Positions 1 to 9,500 of a stretch of 64,000 bases of DNA are shown one piece after another. A program made the position numbers and the translations under genes. Under the pieces are notes generated by a model, which saw only the letters and a list, made by a program, of their open reading frames with translations, ran no database searches and had not been told where the DNA came from. The stretch covers positions 8,701 to 72,700 of the forward strand of contig JAVZDD010000001.1 of assembly GCA_038874075.1 (NCBI GenBank). Direction: 5' to 3'. This DNA is from Candidatus Nanoarchaeia archaeon (GTDB lineage Archaea > Nanobdellota > Nanobdellia > Jingweiarchaeales > Jingweiarchaeaceae). Position 1 is the stretch's first letter, and each line of letters opens with the position of its first letter.

Positions 1-489
1 GGACCTGCAATTGCATTGAGTATGGAGCCACCAGAAGAAGACGTAATGAAGAGACCACCAAGAGATCCAAAACAAGGCGTGTTGTATGGTAGATTTGCTT
101 CGATACTTGCATCATTCTTCACACAATTTTTTGGAACAGCAGGCATCTTTTGCTTATCCTATTACATTTGGAAAGAGCCATTGCAGGAGGCAATGACAAT
201 GGCATTCATACAAGCAACATTTCAAGAGTTGGCAACGGTATGGAATTGTAGGTCTGAAAAGAAATCTGTGTTTAGAATGAATCCATTCACAAACAAATTC
301 CTAGTAATTGCTGTCTTAGCTTCCTTGGTTTTAACTGCATCTCTAACGATCGTTCCAGTATTCCAGCAAATGTTTGGTACTGTTGCATTAAGTCTCACTG
401 ATTGGATCATAGTAATTGCAATTGGCAGTGTCGGATTTTTAATCGTACCTGAAGTATTTTATGGTAGAAAAATTTGGAAATGGGTTTAA
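1..489 (+). CDS. C-terminal fragment of a cation-transporting P-type ATPase (type II, Ca2+/Na+K+-like); 5' end lies outside the window
   Basis: Translation from base 1 reads GPAIALSMEPPEEDVMKRPPR, the conserved TM5-6 motif of type II P-type ATPases, followed by hydrophobic C-terminal TM helices; stop at 489. Confidence 0.7.
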   Translation, partial: GPAIALSMEPPEEDVMKRPPRDPKQGVLYGRFASILASFFTQFFGTAGIFCLSYYIWKEPLQEAMTMAFIQATFQELATVWNCRSEKKSVFRMNPFTNKFLVIAVLASLVLTASLTIVPVFQQMFGTVALSLTDWIIVIAIGSVGFLIVPEVFYGRKIWKWV

Positions 490-516
490 GTAAAATATTT
501 AATGTTATGAAGGTAA

Positions 517-1074
517 GTGATTAATATGTATAAAATCTTAACAATAAGAGACAGGATAAGAGTACCACCAGAATTATTTAGTAAAGATATAGAAGAAGCT
601 GTGGGTGAATCGATTAAGAAAAGTTATGAAGGTGTATTGGATAAAACACATGGGCTTTTTCTTGCACTCACAAAAATAAATGAAATAGGTGAAGGGGTAA
701 TAATTCCGGGTGACGGTGCTGTTTATTACAATGTAACGTTTGAAGTGTTAGTTTATAAGCCAGAATTGCATGAGGTTGTTGAAGGTAAAGTGAATGAGAT
801 AGCGGAATATGGTGCCTTCATAAAGATTGGGCCATTGGATGGACTCGTTCACGTATCGCAAGTAATGGATGATTACGTGAGTTATAGCAAATCACAAAGT
901 TTGTCTGGAAAACAGACAAAGAGAACGCTAAAAGTGGGTGATGTCGTGCTTGCAAGAGTAATCGCAATAAGTTTAAGAAGTTTGCAGGATGCAAAGATAG
1001 GATTAACGATGAGGCAAGAAGGACTTGGAAAAGCAGAGTGGTATGAAGAAAAGAAAAAGGGTGTGAAGAAATGA
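517..1074 (+). CDS. rpo7: DNA-directed RNA polymerase subunit E' (Rpo7/Rpb7 homolog, S1 domain)
   Basis: 185 aa. N-terminal Rpb7-like fold followed by S1-like segment (GAFIKIGPLDGLVHVSQVMDDYVSY). Conserved archaeal gene order with spt4/S24e/S27ae downstream. Confidence 0.85.
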   Translation: MINMYKILTIRDRIRVPPELFSKDIEEAVGESIKKSYEGVLDKTHGLFLALTKINEIGEGVIIPGDGAVYYNVTFEVLVYKPELHEVVEGKVNEIAEYGAFIKIGPLDGLVHVSQVMDDYVSYSKSQSLSGKQTKRTLKVGDVVLARVIAISLRSLQDAKIGLTMRQEGLGKAEWYEEKKKGVKK

Positions 1075-1262
1075 AGGAAGTTGCATGTAAAAGATGTTTA
1101 CGCATTGTACCAAAAGGAAAAGATTGCCCAATATGTAAAGGGAAGGACATGAGTGAAAATTGGAAAGGTTTTGTTGTAATTATAAATCCTGAGAAAAGTA
1201 AAATTGCGAACATACTTAAAAGGGATTTGCCTGGCGAGTATGCACTAAAGGTGAGTAAGTGA
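1071..1262 (+). CDS. spt4: RNA polymerase subunit E'' / transcription elongation factor Spt4 (zinc ribbon)
   Basis: 63 aa, C-x2-C...C-x2-C zinc ribbon (CKRCLRIVPKGKDCPICKGKD); 4-nt overlap with rpo7, typical archaeal operon partner. Confidence 0.75.
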   Translation: MKEVACKRCLRIVPKGKDCPICKGKDMSENWKGFVVIINPEKSKIANILKRDLPGEYALKVSK

Positions 1263-1583
1263 ATGGATATCGAGATTAAAGGAAGAAATGAGAATAAACT
1301 CTTCAATCGCGAAGAGATAAGTTTTTCTGTTGAATTTGATAAGATTCCAAAAAGGAGTGAGATAAAAGAGAAGTTATGTGAGAAGTTAAATCTACAAAAA
1401 GATTTGTGTGTTTTAAGGAGATTGAAAGGTGGTTTTGGTTCAAGGAGATTAATCGGAGAGATTTTTGTTTACAAAAACAAGGAAGAACTGATGAAATACG
1501 AACCAAAGTTTTTTTTGATAAGAGATGGTTTTCTAAAGAAAGAGGAGAAGGTAAAGAAGGAGGAGAGTAAAGAAGAGAAGTGA
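1263..1583 (+). CDS. rps24e: 30S ribosomal protein S24e with K/E-rich C-terminal extension
   Basis: [25 protein letters not shown]...[20 protein letters not shown] matches S24e family core; C-terminal [15 protein letters not shown] tail. Confidence 0.85.
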   Translation: MDIEIKGRNENKLFNREEISFSVEFDKIPKRSEIKEKLCEKLNLQKDLCVLRRLKGGFGSRRLIGEIFVYKNKEELMKYEPKFFLIRDGFLKKEEKVKKEESKEEK

Positions 1584-1588
1584 TTCAG

Positions 1589-1861
1589 ATGGTAAAAGAA
1601 GATGAAGAAGCAAAAGAAGAAAAGAAAGAGGAAAGCTTAGAGAAAGAAGGGGAGGAAAAGGTAAAAAAGGTCGAGAAGAAGGGTAAGAAAAAAAGAAAAA
1701 ATAGAAAGCCGAGTGAAAAGTGGAGGATGTACAGTATTTCTGGTGAGAAAGGTATTAAAAGGAAAAACAAGTCTTGTCCGAAGTGTGGCGAAGGTGTTTT
1801 CTTGGCAGAGCATAAGGACAGGTTCTCTTGTGGAAAATGTGGATACACAATTTTTAAGTAG
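1589..1861 (+). CDS. rps27ae: 30S ribosomal protein S27ae (C4 zinc ribbon) with K/E-rich N-terminal extension
   Basis: C-terminal [25 protein letters not shown] zinc ribbon typical of S27ae; ATG at 1589 preferred over GTG at 1580 that overlaps S24e stop. Confidence 0.8.
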   Translation: MVKEDEEAKEEKKEESLEKEGEEKVKKVEKKGKKKRKNRKPSEKWRMYSISGEKGIKRKNKSCPKCGEGVFLAEHKDRFSCGKCGYTIFK

Positions 1862-1911
1862 TTTTCTATTCGTTTGATATCATTAATTTATAAAAAATGA
1901 AATACTAAAAA

Positions 1912-2895
1912 TTGATGATGATATGTCTTGGGATTGAAGGAACGGCACATACATTTGGTATAGGGATTTTAAGTGAAGATGGTAAAGTGCTAGCAAACGC
2001 TAAAAAGGTATATTCGCCGCAAGAAGGATTTGGAATCAAGCCAGTCGAAGCAGCTGAGCATCATAAAAAATTTTCGGAAGATGTGTTGAATGAAGCATTG
2101 GAAAGGGCAAAGATAAAATTGAGTGATGTTGATCTGATTGCATTCTCGCAGGGTCCTGGTTTACCTCCTTGCTTGAGCGTTACATTAAAAAAGGCAATAG
2201 AGATAGCAAAGAGAATAAAAAAACCAATTGTTGGTGTGAATCACTGTATCGCACATTTAGAGATTGGTAGGTTAATTTGTAAATGTAGTGATCCTGTAAT
2301 GTTATATGTTTCTGGAGGTAATACACAAGTAATCGCATTTAGCGAAGGTAAGTATCGTGTTTTTGGTGAGACATTGGACATCACAATAGGAAACCTGCTC
2401 GATTGTTTTGCAAGGGCAGCAAATCTACCTTTTCCTGGTGGACCAAAAATAGAAGAACTTGCAAAAAGAGGGACAAAATACATACAATTACCATACAGGG
2501 TTAAAGGTATGGATGTGAGTTTTACAGGTATCCTAACACTCTTGGAAAAAAAATTGAAAGAAAATAAAATAGAAGACCTTTGTTATTCACTGCAAGAAAC
2601 TACATTCGCAATGTTAGTTGAAGTGAGTGAAAGAGCGATTGCTCATTTAAGAAAAAATGAGTTGTTGCTTACTGGTGGAGTTGCAGCAAACAAAAGACTA
2701 CAAGAGATGTGTGAAGTAATGTGTAGAGAAAGGGGGGCTGGGTTTTATGTTGTTCCTCATGAATATGCTGGTGATTGTGGCGCTAATATAGCCTGGACTG
2801 GTATACTGGCAAAAAATAATTCAACAAGGAATTTTGGAAAGATTAAGATAAAGCCAAAGTGGAGGACAGATGATGTATCTGTAGACTGGAGATGA
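1912..2895 (+). CDS. kae1: tRNA N6-adenosine threonylcarbamoyltransferase Kae1 (KEOPS catalytic subunit), not fused to Bud32
   Basis: 327 aa; ICLGIEGTAHTFGIGI N-terminus, metal-binding HCIAHLEIG motif, ASKHA fold signature GGVAANKRL; follows the rpo7-spt4-S24e-S27ae block as in many archaea. Confidence 0.9.
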   Translation: MMMICLGIEGTAHTFGIGILSEDGKVLANAKKVYSPQEGFGIKPVEAAEHHKKFSEDVLNEALERAKIKLSDVDLIAFSQGPGLPPCLSVTLKKAIEIAKRIKKPIVGVNHCIAHLEIGRLICKCSDPVMLYVSGGNTQVIAFSEGKYRVFGETLDITIGNLLDCFARAANLPFPGGPKIEELAKRGTKYIQLPYRVKGMDVSFTGILTLLEKKLKENKIEDLCYSLQETTFAMLVEVSERAIAHLRKNELLLTGGVAANKRLQEMCEVMCRERGAGFYVVPHEYAGDCGANIAWTGILAKNNSTRNFGKIKIKPKWRTDDVSVDWR

Positions 2896-2896
2896 T

Positions 2897-3730
2897 TTAT
2901 TTCCTTTCTCTTCTTCTACTTTTCTTCTTAACCTTTTCTTCCTTTGGTGGTTTTTCTACTTTAACTTCTATTTTTTCTGATGGTACTTTTCTCTTTTTAT
3001 AGAATTCTAGCAGATATGATAAGAGTATAAGCACGATGCCAATGATCAAAAATATTGTAAAATTGTTCATTGTCACGGATAAAATGTTGATCACGATCTG
3101 TGATATCTCAGCTCTTCCTATAAATGGTGATTTTTCTAGATAAGAATTGATACTTGCTACAACAATAAAACCTAAGAATCCAACAACTCCAAAACATATT
3201 CCTATTGTCCTTAATTTCCAGTACTTTTCTGTGAGATAAATCAGTACTAATATGATCAAGAATGATATTAGTACCATATACGAAAAAAAGCTGAATATTG
3301 TTTTGTGTGTTTTTTCTGTGAGAAACGCCAATAAAGCAGTTGTGCCTCCTTCTCTAAGACATTCAAGTATCTCACATTTTGGTTCGGTATAGTATATGGA
3401 ATTAACTATTTTATCAATGATGTGAGAGACGAATCCATCATAATTTAGGGGGAGTATCTCACTGCATTTGATTGTGATGGTAGTTATGCCTGCATTTATG
3501 TTGTCAAACTCCATGTTTGGATCCAATTCACATACTTGTCTCATTGAAGTGTATACTTCGATCGTCGAGTTAGAAACCTCTGGTGATTGTAGAATCACGC
3601 TTTTTAATATGTCTTTAACTGTCTCTACGGATGTAAGCTGATAGCCTGTAAGACTGAAAAGTGATAGAAATAAGAATAAACATAGGAAAATGCCAAGTAC
3701 AAATTCAACAAATTTTTTAATTGTACTCAC
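2897..3730 (-). CDS. Hypothetical polytopic membrane protein with basic C-terminal tail
   Basis: 277 aa; N-terminal hydrophobic helix, several internal TM-like stretches, lysine/arginine-rich C-terminus; no recognisable catalytic motif. Confidence 0.45.
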   Translation of the reverse strand: MSTIKKFVEFVLGIFLCLFLFLSLFSLTGYQLTSVETVKDILKSVILQSPEVSNSTIEVYTSMRQVCELDPNMEFDNINAGITTITIKCSEILPLNYDGFVSHIIDKIVNSIYYTEPKCEILECLREGGTTALLAFLTEKTHKTIFSFFSYMVLISFLIILVLIYLTEKYWKLRTIGICFGVVGFLGFIVVASINSYLEKSPFIGRAEISQIVINILSVTMNNFTIFLIIGIVLILLSYLLEFYKKRKVPSEKIEVKVEKPPKEEKVKKKSRRRERK

Positions 3731-3769
3731 ATTATTTATACAAAATTCTTAAATTATAAATTTATCTCA

Positions 3770-4945
3770 TTAAGTAAAAATTGGATGTCTATCTTGTACT
3801 TCTTTGTGTGTTATACCCTCTAAATTTAAGAAATAATGGATGAACACATCATCAGCGATCAATGTTCTTATTTCAAAAACTAATTTTTCTAATGAAGATG
3901 GTACTGCAGTTTCACCGAGTTCTTTTTCTCTTTCGATTATCCTACCAGGGATTTGTATCAACAGGTCATTTGCATTTAATTTCATTGCTGCTAATGAAGT
4001 TTTATATGACGTAATTAAATTAATGTTGGCTCCTGAACTGTGAATTAAATCGATCTTTTCAGCCCAATATTTTCTTCCAGATCCAGAAATTATTTCAATT
4101 AAATCGTCTTTTTTTATCGTGGACAAGCCAGCATCTGATTTATGGTACACGTGTATGTCATCGTCTTTTTTTGCGCAATGTGCCAATCTTTTTGCATAGA
4201 ATTTTGCAACGACATTACTCATACCCACACCAACGGTAACAATTTTTTTGTTGTTTTCCTTAGTTTTATGAATCCTTAATGCTCTTTTTAAAAATTGATT
4301 TGAATCAAGCTTTATATTTTTTATATAATCGATGAACTCGCTTTTTCTTTGATTGATGTTTTTATCTGAATTGAGTATATCAATTAAACATAATCCAGTC
4401 AAAAGGGCTGAGTGCTCAAATTCTGAACCGAGAATGTCCAATGGATTGTTGATTAGTTGTCTCGTATCTAAATCACGTTCATCAATCTTTGTTCTACCAG
4501 GTATGTGTATTTTATAATCGGAGAGCTCACCTATTTTTTGTTGCGGATATGAAGTAAAACAGATTAATTTTGAACCTGCTTCTCTTGCTTCACTTGCATA
4601 ACCTACTGTTTCTGGTGTTGTGCCTGTACCTGTAATCAACAATAATGTGTGGTCTTTGTTAAACTCGGGTGATAAAGTGGATTCCTCGGTGATCCAACCT
4701 GAGTTAAAACCATTTATCCTTGCATATGCAGACAGGATAACACCAACCAAACCTGACCTACCAACTCCAACAAACCAAATTGGTTTTTTTTCATCCTTAA
4801 CTTTTCTCAGATGAGACTTGACTTCATCAATCGGACCACTTATTTGATTCATCTTTAAACGTTCACAAGCAAATTGAAAGGAATCATTGAAGTAATCAAA
4901 AATTTTGATTTTTTCTGAAAGTTTATCATCAAGTGTCATGTTCAT
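3770..4945 (-). CDS. Tandem SIS-domain sugar-phosphate isomerase-like protein
   Basis: 391 aa with two SIS-type phosphosugar-binding motifs (WFVGVGRSGLVGVILSAYA and IVTVGVGMSNVVAKFYAKRL), as in bifunctional PGI/PMI or GlmS-C-like proteins. Confidence 0.55.
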   Translation of the reverse strand: MNMTLDDKLSEKIKIFDYFNDSFQFACERLKMNQISGPIDEVKSHLRKVKDEKKPIWFVGVGRSGLVGVILSAYARINGFNSGWITEESTLSPEFNKDHTLLLITGTGTTPETVGYASEAREAGSKLICFTSYPQQKIGELSDYKIHIPGRTKIDERDLDTRQLINNPLDILGSEFEHSALLTGLCLIDILNSDKNINQRKSEFIDYIKNIKLDSNQFLKRALRIHKTKENNKKIVTVGVGMSNVVAKFYAKRLAHCAKKDDDIHVYHKSDAGLSTIKKDDLIEIISGSGRKYWAEKIDLIHSSGANINLITSYKTSLAAMKLNANDLLIQIPGRIIEREKELGETAVPSSLEKLVFEIRTLIADDVFIHYFLNLEGITHKEVQDRHPIFT

Positions 4946-4979
4946 TTAAGAAATGTTTGATTATTTAAAAAACTTTTTA

Positions 4980-5465
4980 CTATAATTTTAATTTCTGGAA
5001 TTCTAATAGGTTGTGAATCGTTGCATTTGCATGACTTGTACCTAATGAGATGCACGGTATATAAACTGAAAGCTTCCTAAAAATATATGGTACTTTTCCG
5101 TATTTTTTATTGAATGATTTATCTATTATTCTTGATGTGGTGTAACCAAATGCAAATGTGCCTGCAAATTCTAGTGCAGCAAATAATGTCAACCCTGCAT
5201 GGAAGCCAAAATTTTGGATAAAGAAATTCACAAAGGGATTGAGCTCTTTAAATTCTCTTGAAAGCGCATGACCCATGTAAGTGGTTACATAGTCACTGGT
5301 CAAGTTAAATGTATAATAGCATGTGGAAATCGCCTCAAGAATTTCTTCTAAAAACTTTGCTTTTTTGTTACTTAATTTATCAACGAGGCATCTGTTGAGT
5401 TTGTCTTCTAAATTATTTAGCTTTTCCTTTGTTCTTCTACTAATTTTATTTATGCTATCAAACAT
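4980..5465 (-). CDS. Hypothetical protein
   Basis: 161 aa ORF in good coding context between two minus-strand genes; no recognisable motif. Confidence 0.3.
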   Translation of the reverse strand: MFDSINKISRRTKEKLNNLEDKLNRCLVDKLSNKKAKFLEEILEAISTCYYTFNLTSDYVTTYMGHALSREFKELNPFVNFFIQNFGFHAGLTLFAALEFAGTFAFGYTTSRIIDKSFNKKYGKVPYIFRKLSVYIPCISLGTSHANATIHNLLEFQKLKL

Positions 5466-5515
5466 AGAATCTGTGAGGTAATATACAATTATATTTTTTA
5501 CTAAATAGTGATAAA

Positions 5516-6340
5516 TTAACCTAAATATGACATTTTCACGTAAAAAGTTCTCGGAACTCTTTTTAGCACATGCTCAACCATTTTGTCATCGATTGGTCTT
5601 ATACCCTCATTTGCATAGAATCTACAAACTCGCTCGCAATTGACAAGTATCTCTCTTGGAATATATGAAGACAGGTGAAAAATCTTATTCAATGCTTCTT
5701 CGCTGAATGGGTTACTCTCTTCTTTGCTTTGCATTGAGTTTAAAATTCTCAGTTGGATCATTCTCGTTGCTTCATCACTCTGCATCGGTCTCAATGCATT
5801 TTCCCAAACAATTCTATTTCTAAACGCATCTTTAAAAGGTTTATGTGATTTTATCCGCTTCGTTGAAGCCATTATGATACTTGCACCTAGATGATCATGG
5901 AATGCTCTTAAAAAATGATAAACATTTTGATTGTTTACCAAATGTGCTTCATCAAGAAAAATGATTGGTCTTCTGTCGCCAAGCTTCATTTTTAAAAAAT
6001 TTAAGAATCCAATCCTCTCTGGTGTTCTTCTTAGAATAATATCTAGGATGTTTTGCTTACCGATCGTATTTGCAAACTCATATACTAGAGAATTCTCAGT
6101 ACTTATAACAGGATCAATGAATATCGTCGCATACTTTTTCTTGTCTAAAAGTTTTTGGAAATGTAAGAGTAATGAGCTCTTACCGCTACCAGGTGGTCCA
6201 AAAATGTTCATTGAATCTCCAGAAATTATAATTTCGTGAAGGTCTCTCTTTATGTCATCAAATCCAACAAAGATTTGAGGGTCAGCACTAATAATGAATG
6301 GATTGGATTTCCATCCATATCTAACGAACCATGTGTCCAT
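5516..6340 (-). CDS. AAA+/P-loop ATPase (archaeal ATPase family), divergent from the giant surface-protein gene
   Basis: 274 aa; Walker A GPPGSGKSSLL, Walker B IIFLDEAH; N-terminal W-x-NPF segment as in ExeA/TniB/ORC-like AAA+ proteins. Confidence 0.6.
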   Translation of the reverse strand: MDTWFVRYGWKSNPFIISADPQIFVGFDDIKRDLHEIIISGDSMNIFGPPGSGKSSLLLHFQKLLDKKKYATIFIDPVISTENSLVYEFANTIGKQNILDIILRRTPERIGFLNFLKMKLGDRRPIIFLDEAHLVNNQNVYHFLRAFHDHLGASIIMASTKRIKSHKPFKDAFRNRIVWENALRPMQSDEATRMIQLRILNSMQSKEESNPFSEEALNKIFHLSSYIPREILVNCERVCRFYANEGIRPIDDKMVEHVLKRVPRTFYVKMSYLG

Positions 6341-6485
6341 TTTTTTGCTTTTTAAACATAACTCTCATCTAATCATCCATTTGTCCTATCCAGTTATGAT
6401 TTTATATGCGATGTTAGTTTTTAACTTTGTCGGATGATGTTCTATATACAATGAATCATACAAAGTCCTTTATCGATAACTTTTT

Positions 6486-6506
6486 TATTTCTGAGTAGTA
6501 TTATAA
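6486..6506 (+). promoter_or_regulatory. Candidate archaeal TATA/BRE region upstream of the giant ORF (possibly leaderless transcript)
   Basis: ttttttatttc / tattataat AT-rich boxes 10-35 nt upstream of the ATG at 6517 in a 176-nt intergenic gap. Confidence 0.25.
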
Positions 6507-6516
6507 TGCTTATTAA

Positions 6517-9500
6517 ATGGTCAACATGAAGAGAGATAAAGCTTTTTATGTAGTGTTAGTCTTAGTTCTTTTTATATTTCTTTCCATCTCATTCACTAAT
6601 CAAATGATAGCTCAAATTCTACTTCTATTGGTTTTATCTAGTTTTATCTTCATCAGAGTCAATGTTATTCCAAACAAAAAAGCAATTTCAAGAGTGGTGC
6701 TCTATTTAATTGTGATCATTTTTTTCGTTTTCTATCAGTTTTACTTCTCAAGGCTCATTGACGTTGTTTTTGCTGCCACTGTATGGAATTTTGTTTCTCC
6801 AACACCCACAAATAATACTTGCACCACGCAAGGACCAATAAATGCAACTGTGATCGATGGAAGTCCAAGTCTATGTAAGTTGTACGTAAGCCAAAATCCA
6901 GGTTCCGGCTGGAGTATACATGAAATGAGCTTGACACTAGGCTCACCAAACTATTGTTATAACGGCACTTGGTGGCAGAGTGTTAGTAATGGGAGATGGT
7001 ATTACAAGGTCAACATGACGGATGTAAATGGAGTCTCAAGCTTTTCTAACGGTGATTATGAAAGGACATTCGTTTTAGATACTGCAAATCCATCTGTGAC
7101 AGCGAATCCAACCAAATATCCACCTGGGCAAACAAGAGCCAAGAATGGTGATAATGTCACGTTCAATGTAACTGTTATTGATTCTACGATTGCTCCTTGT
7201 GGTGTAAAAAATGTAACCGTACACTTGAGTCTTGGATTTAATTGTACTCAAGGTGAAATTTTGAATTTAATAAAATATGGTGCAACGGATTATTACGTTG
7301 GGAATTGTACTGTAGATGCAACAAATGAGGGTACATATTACCTTCCTGTATATGCATATGATAATGTTGATCACTTGAATGATAGCGTACAGGTGACAGT
7401 CTCAGTAGATTATACGCCACCAACTGTAACAATAACATCTCCCACGAACACACAATACAATACGAGTAGTATAAACCTAACATTCACTGCTAATGATAAC
7501 ATAGCGTCAACGATGACTTGTCAGAGGACTTTGGACGGAGTAACAACATTGATTGGTGCAGTAAACAATAATACTGAAAATACGACAATAATGAACCTAG
7601 AACCTGGAGTACATCAAGTAAATGTAACTTGTTGGGATGATGCTTACAACAATGGAACTTCTTCAACGATCACATTTGGGGTATGGCGTTATATTTACGC
7701 GAATGTGACGCGGAATCCGGAAGCGCCTGCAAATTTATCAAGAGTTCCTGGTTGCTCAATACCAACTTCAATTACGTGGAATGTGACAGATATAAAAGAT
7801 GAGTTTGATAACCCAATTAATGGAACTCTCTTGAATGTAACATGGCGTGGAAACACGGTATGGAATGGGAACATTTACACGTGGTGGAACAAAAGTTGGC
7901 AGAGAAGGAAACCAATCACAATTTCAAATGTTAACACCTCGGATCTAATCGATTATCAAGTCGTAATGAACATTACATATGATAATGATATGCAAAGCGA
8001 TTTTTCAGACATCAGATTTACTTGGTATAATAAAACAAGTGGTGTAGAAGTAGAAATACCATATTGGATTGAAAACAAATCTGATTCTAATTGGGTTTAT
8101 GTTTGGGTCAAAATACCTATCATTTATGCTAGTTCAAATACCACAATTTATGTTTATTATAAAAATACCACTCTCGTAAGTTCAAAAAGTAACGGTAGAG
8201 ATACATTTGATTTATTTGATGATTGGGAAAGCGGGATTGTAAACACAAGTTATTGGACTACTGGTGGTAGTGTTTCACCATATTGGATCACTCACACATC
8301 AACAAAATACCAGGGAAGCTATTCTTCTGGTAATAATGATATTGGAGATTTACAGATATCATGGATTAAAAAAAGTATTAATCTTTTGATGCCTGGAAAA
8401 TTGGAATTCTATTGGTCAGTTTCTTCAGAATCTTGCTGTGACTTCCTTTATTATTGTATAGACAATGATGGTTGTACGAGAACTTCTGGTTATATAAGTA
8501 GAATTGCTGGTACGGTGGGCTGGACATTTGTGAATTATAACTTGACAGCTGGCACCCACAGTATAAAGTTCGCGTATGAGAAAGATATAAGCGTATCCTA
8601 TGGTTCGGATACTGGGTGGATTGATTTTGTGAAAGTCAGGAAATATGTTTATCCTGAACCGACTAGTTCCATTGGGACAGAAGAGCAAATAGAAAATTTA
8701 AATCTTTTACCACTAAGTGGGGTGTTTGATATTCCCAATGATAACGTTCTTGGAGAAAGTGATGATTTCTTAAACATTACGATCACAAAACCATATTACT
8801 TTGCTTACACAAACAATTCTTCTGATTATCATATACAGGGCGTCCTGAATCAAAGTGGTTCGTTGATCTCATGGACACCAAGTGGAAGTGCAATAGATAA
8901 TTTTGAACCTTCTATTGAAGGAGGACCATCAGTCAGTGCTAGTTATTTGATAAGGGATGATTTGAGTGTAACCTTAACAGAAAATACACATTATATAAAA
9001 ACAAATTATGGAGATTGGAATGCAAGTGATAATAATGCTGGTGATACAATTATACCGAATACCACATTTACTGGTATAAATAATTACTGTGGTACTGTCA
9101 CGTTCTCAAAGAGCTATCTCGTGCATGGAAAGATAAGTGATATATCCAGCATTATCTGGTCTCCTTCTGGGAATAATATAGATAGATTTTATGGTGGAAG
9201 TTATGGTGGTCCAGATGTAAGCTATGGTAGCTTGGTAGTGATTGACAATAAAGGTAATGTGGTAGCACCAACGAATTACTCAGAAAATAAAATTGGAGAT
9301 TGGAATGCAAGTGATAATAATGCTGGTGATGTGATAATATCAAATTTAAATATCACATCAAAGCTCGATGCTGGTAGTTGTGGTACATTAAATTGTTATT
9401 GGCACGGTTATGTGAATCAAACAAAGAGCTATACTGTCTGGGCAAATTTAACAATTAAGAGTGTGGCACCGCCAAATGCTACAATTGTCTATAGATCAAA

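Noticed and set aside
818-1306. 162-aa minus-strand ORF overlapping rpo7/spt4/S24e
   Set aside because: Antisense to three conserved, well-supported genes. Hydrophobic low-complexity translation.
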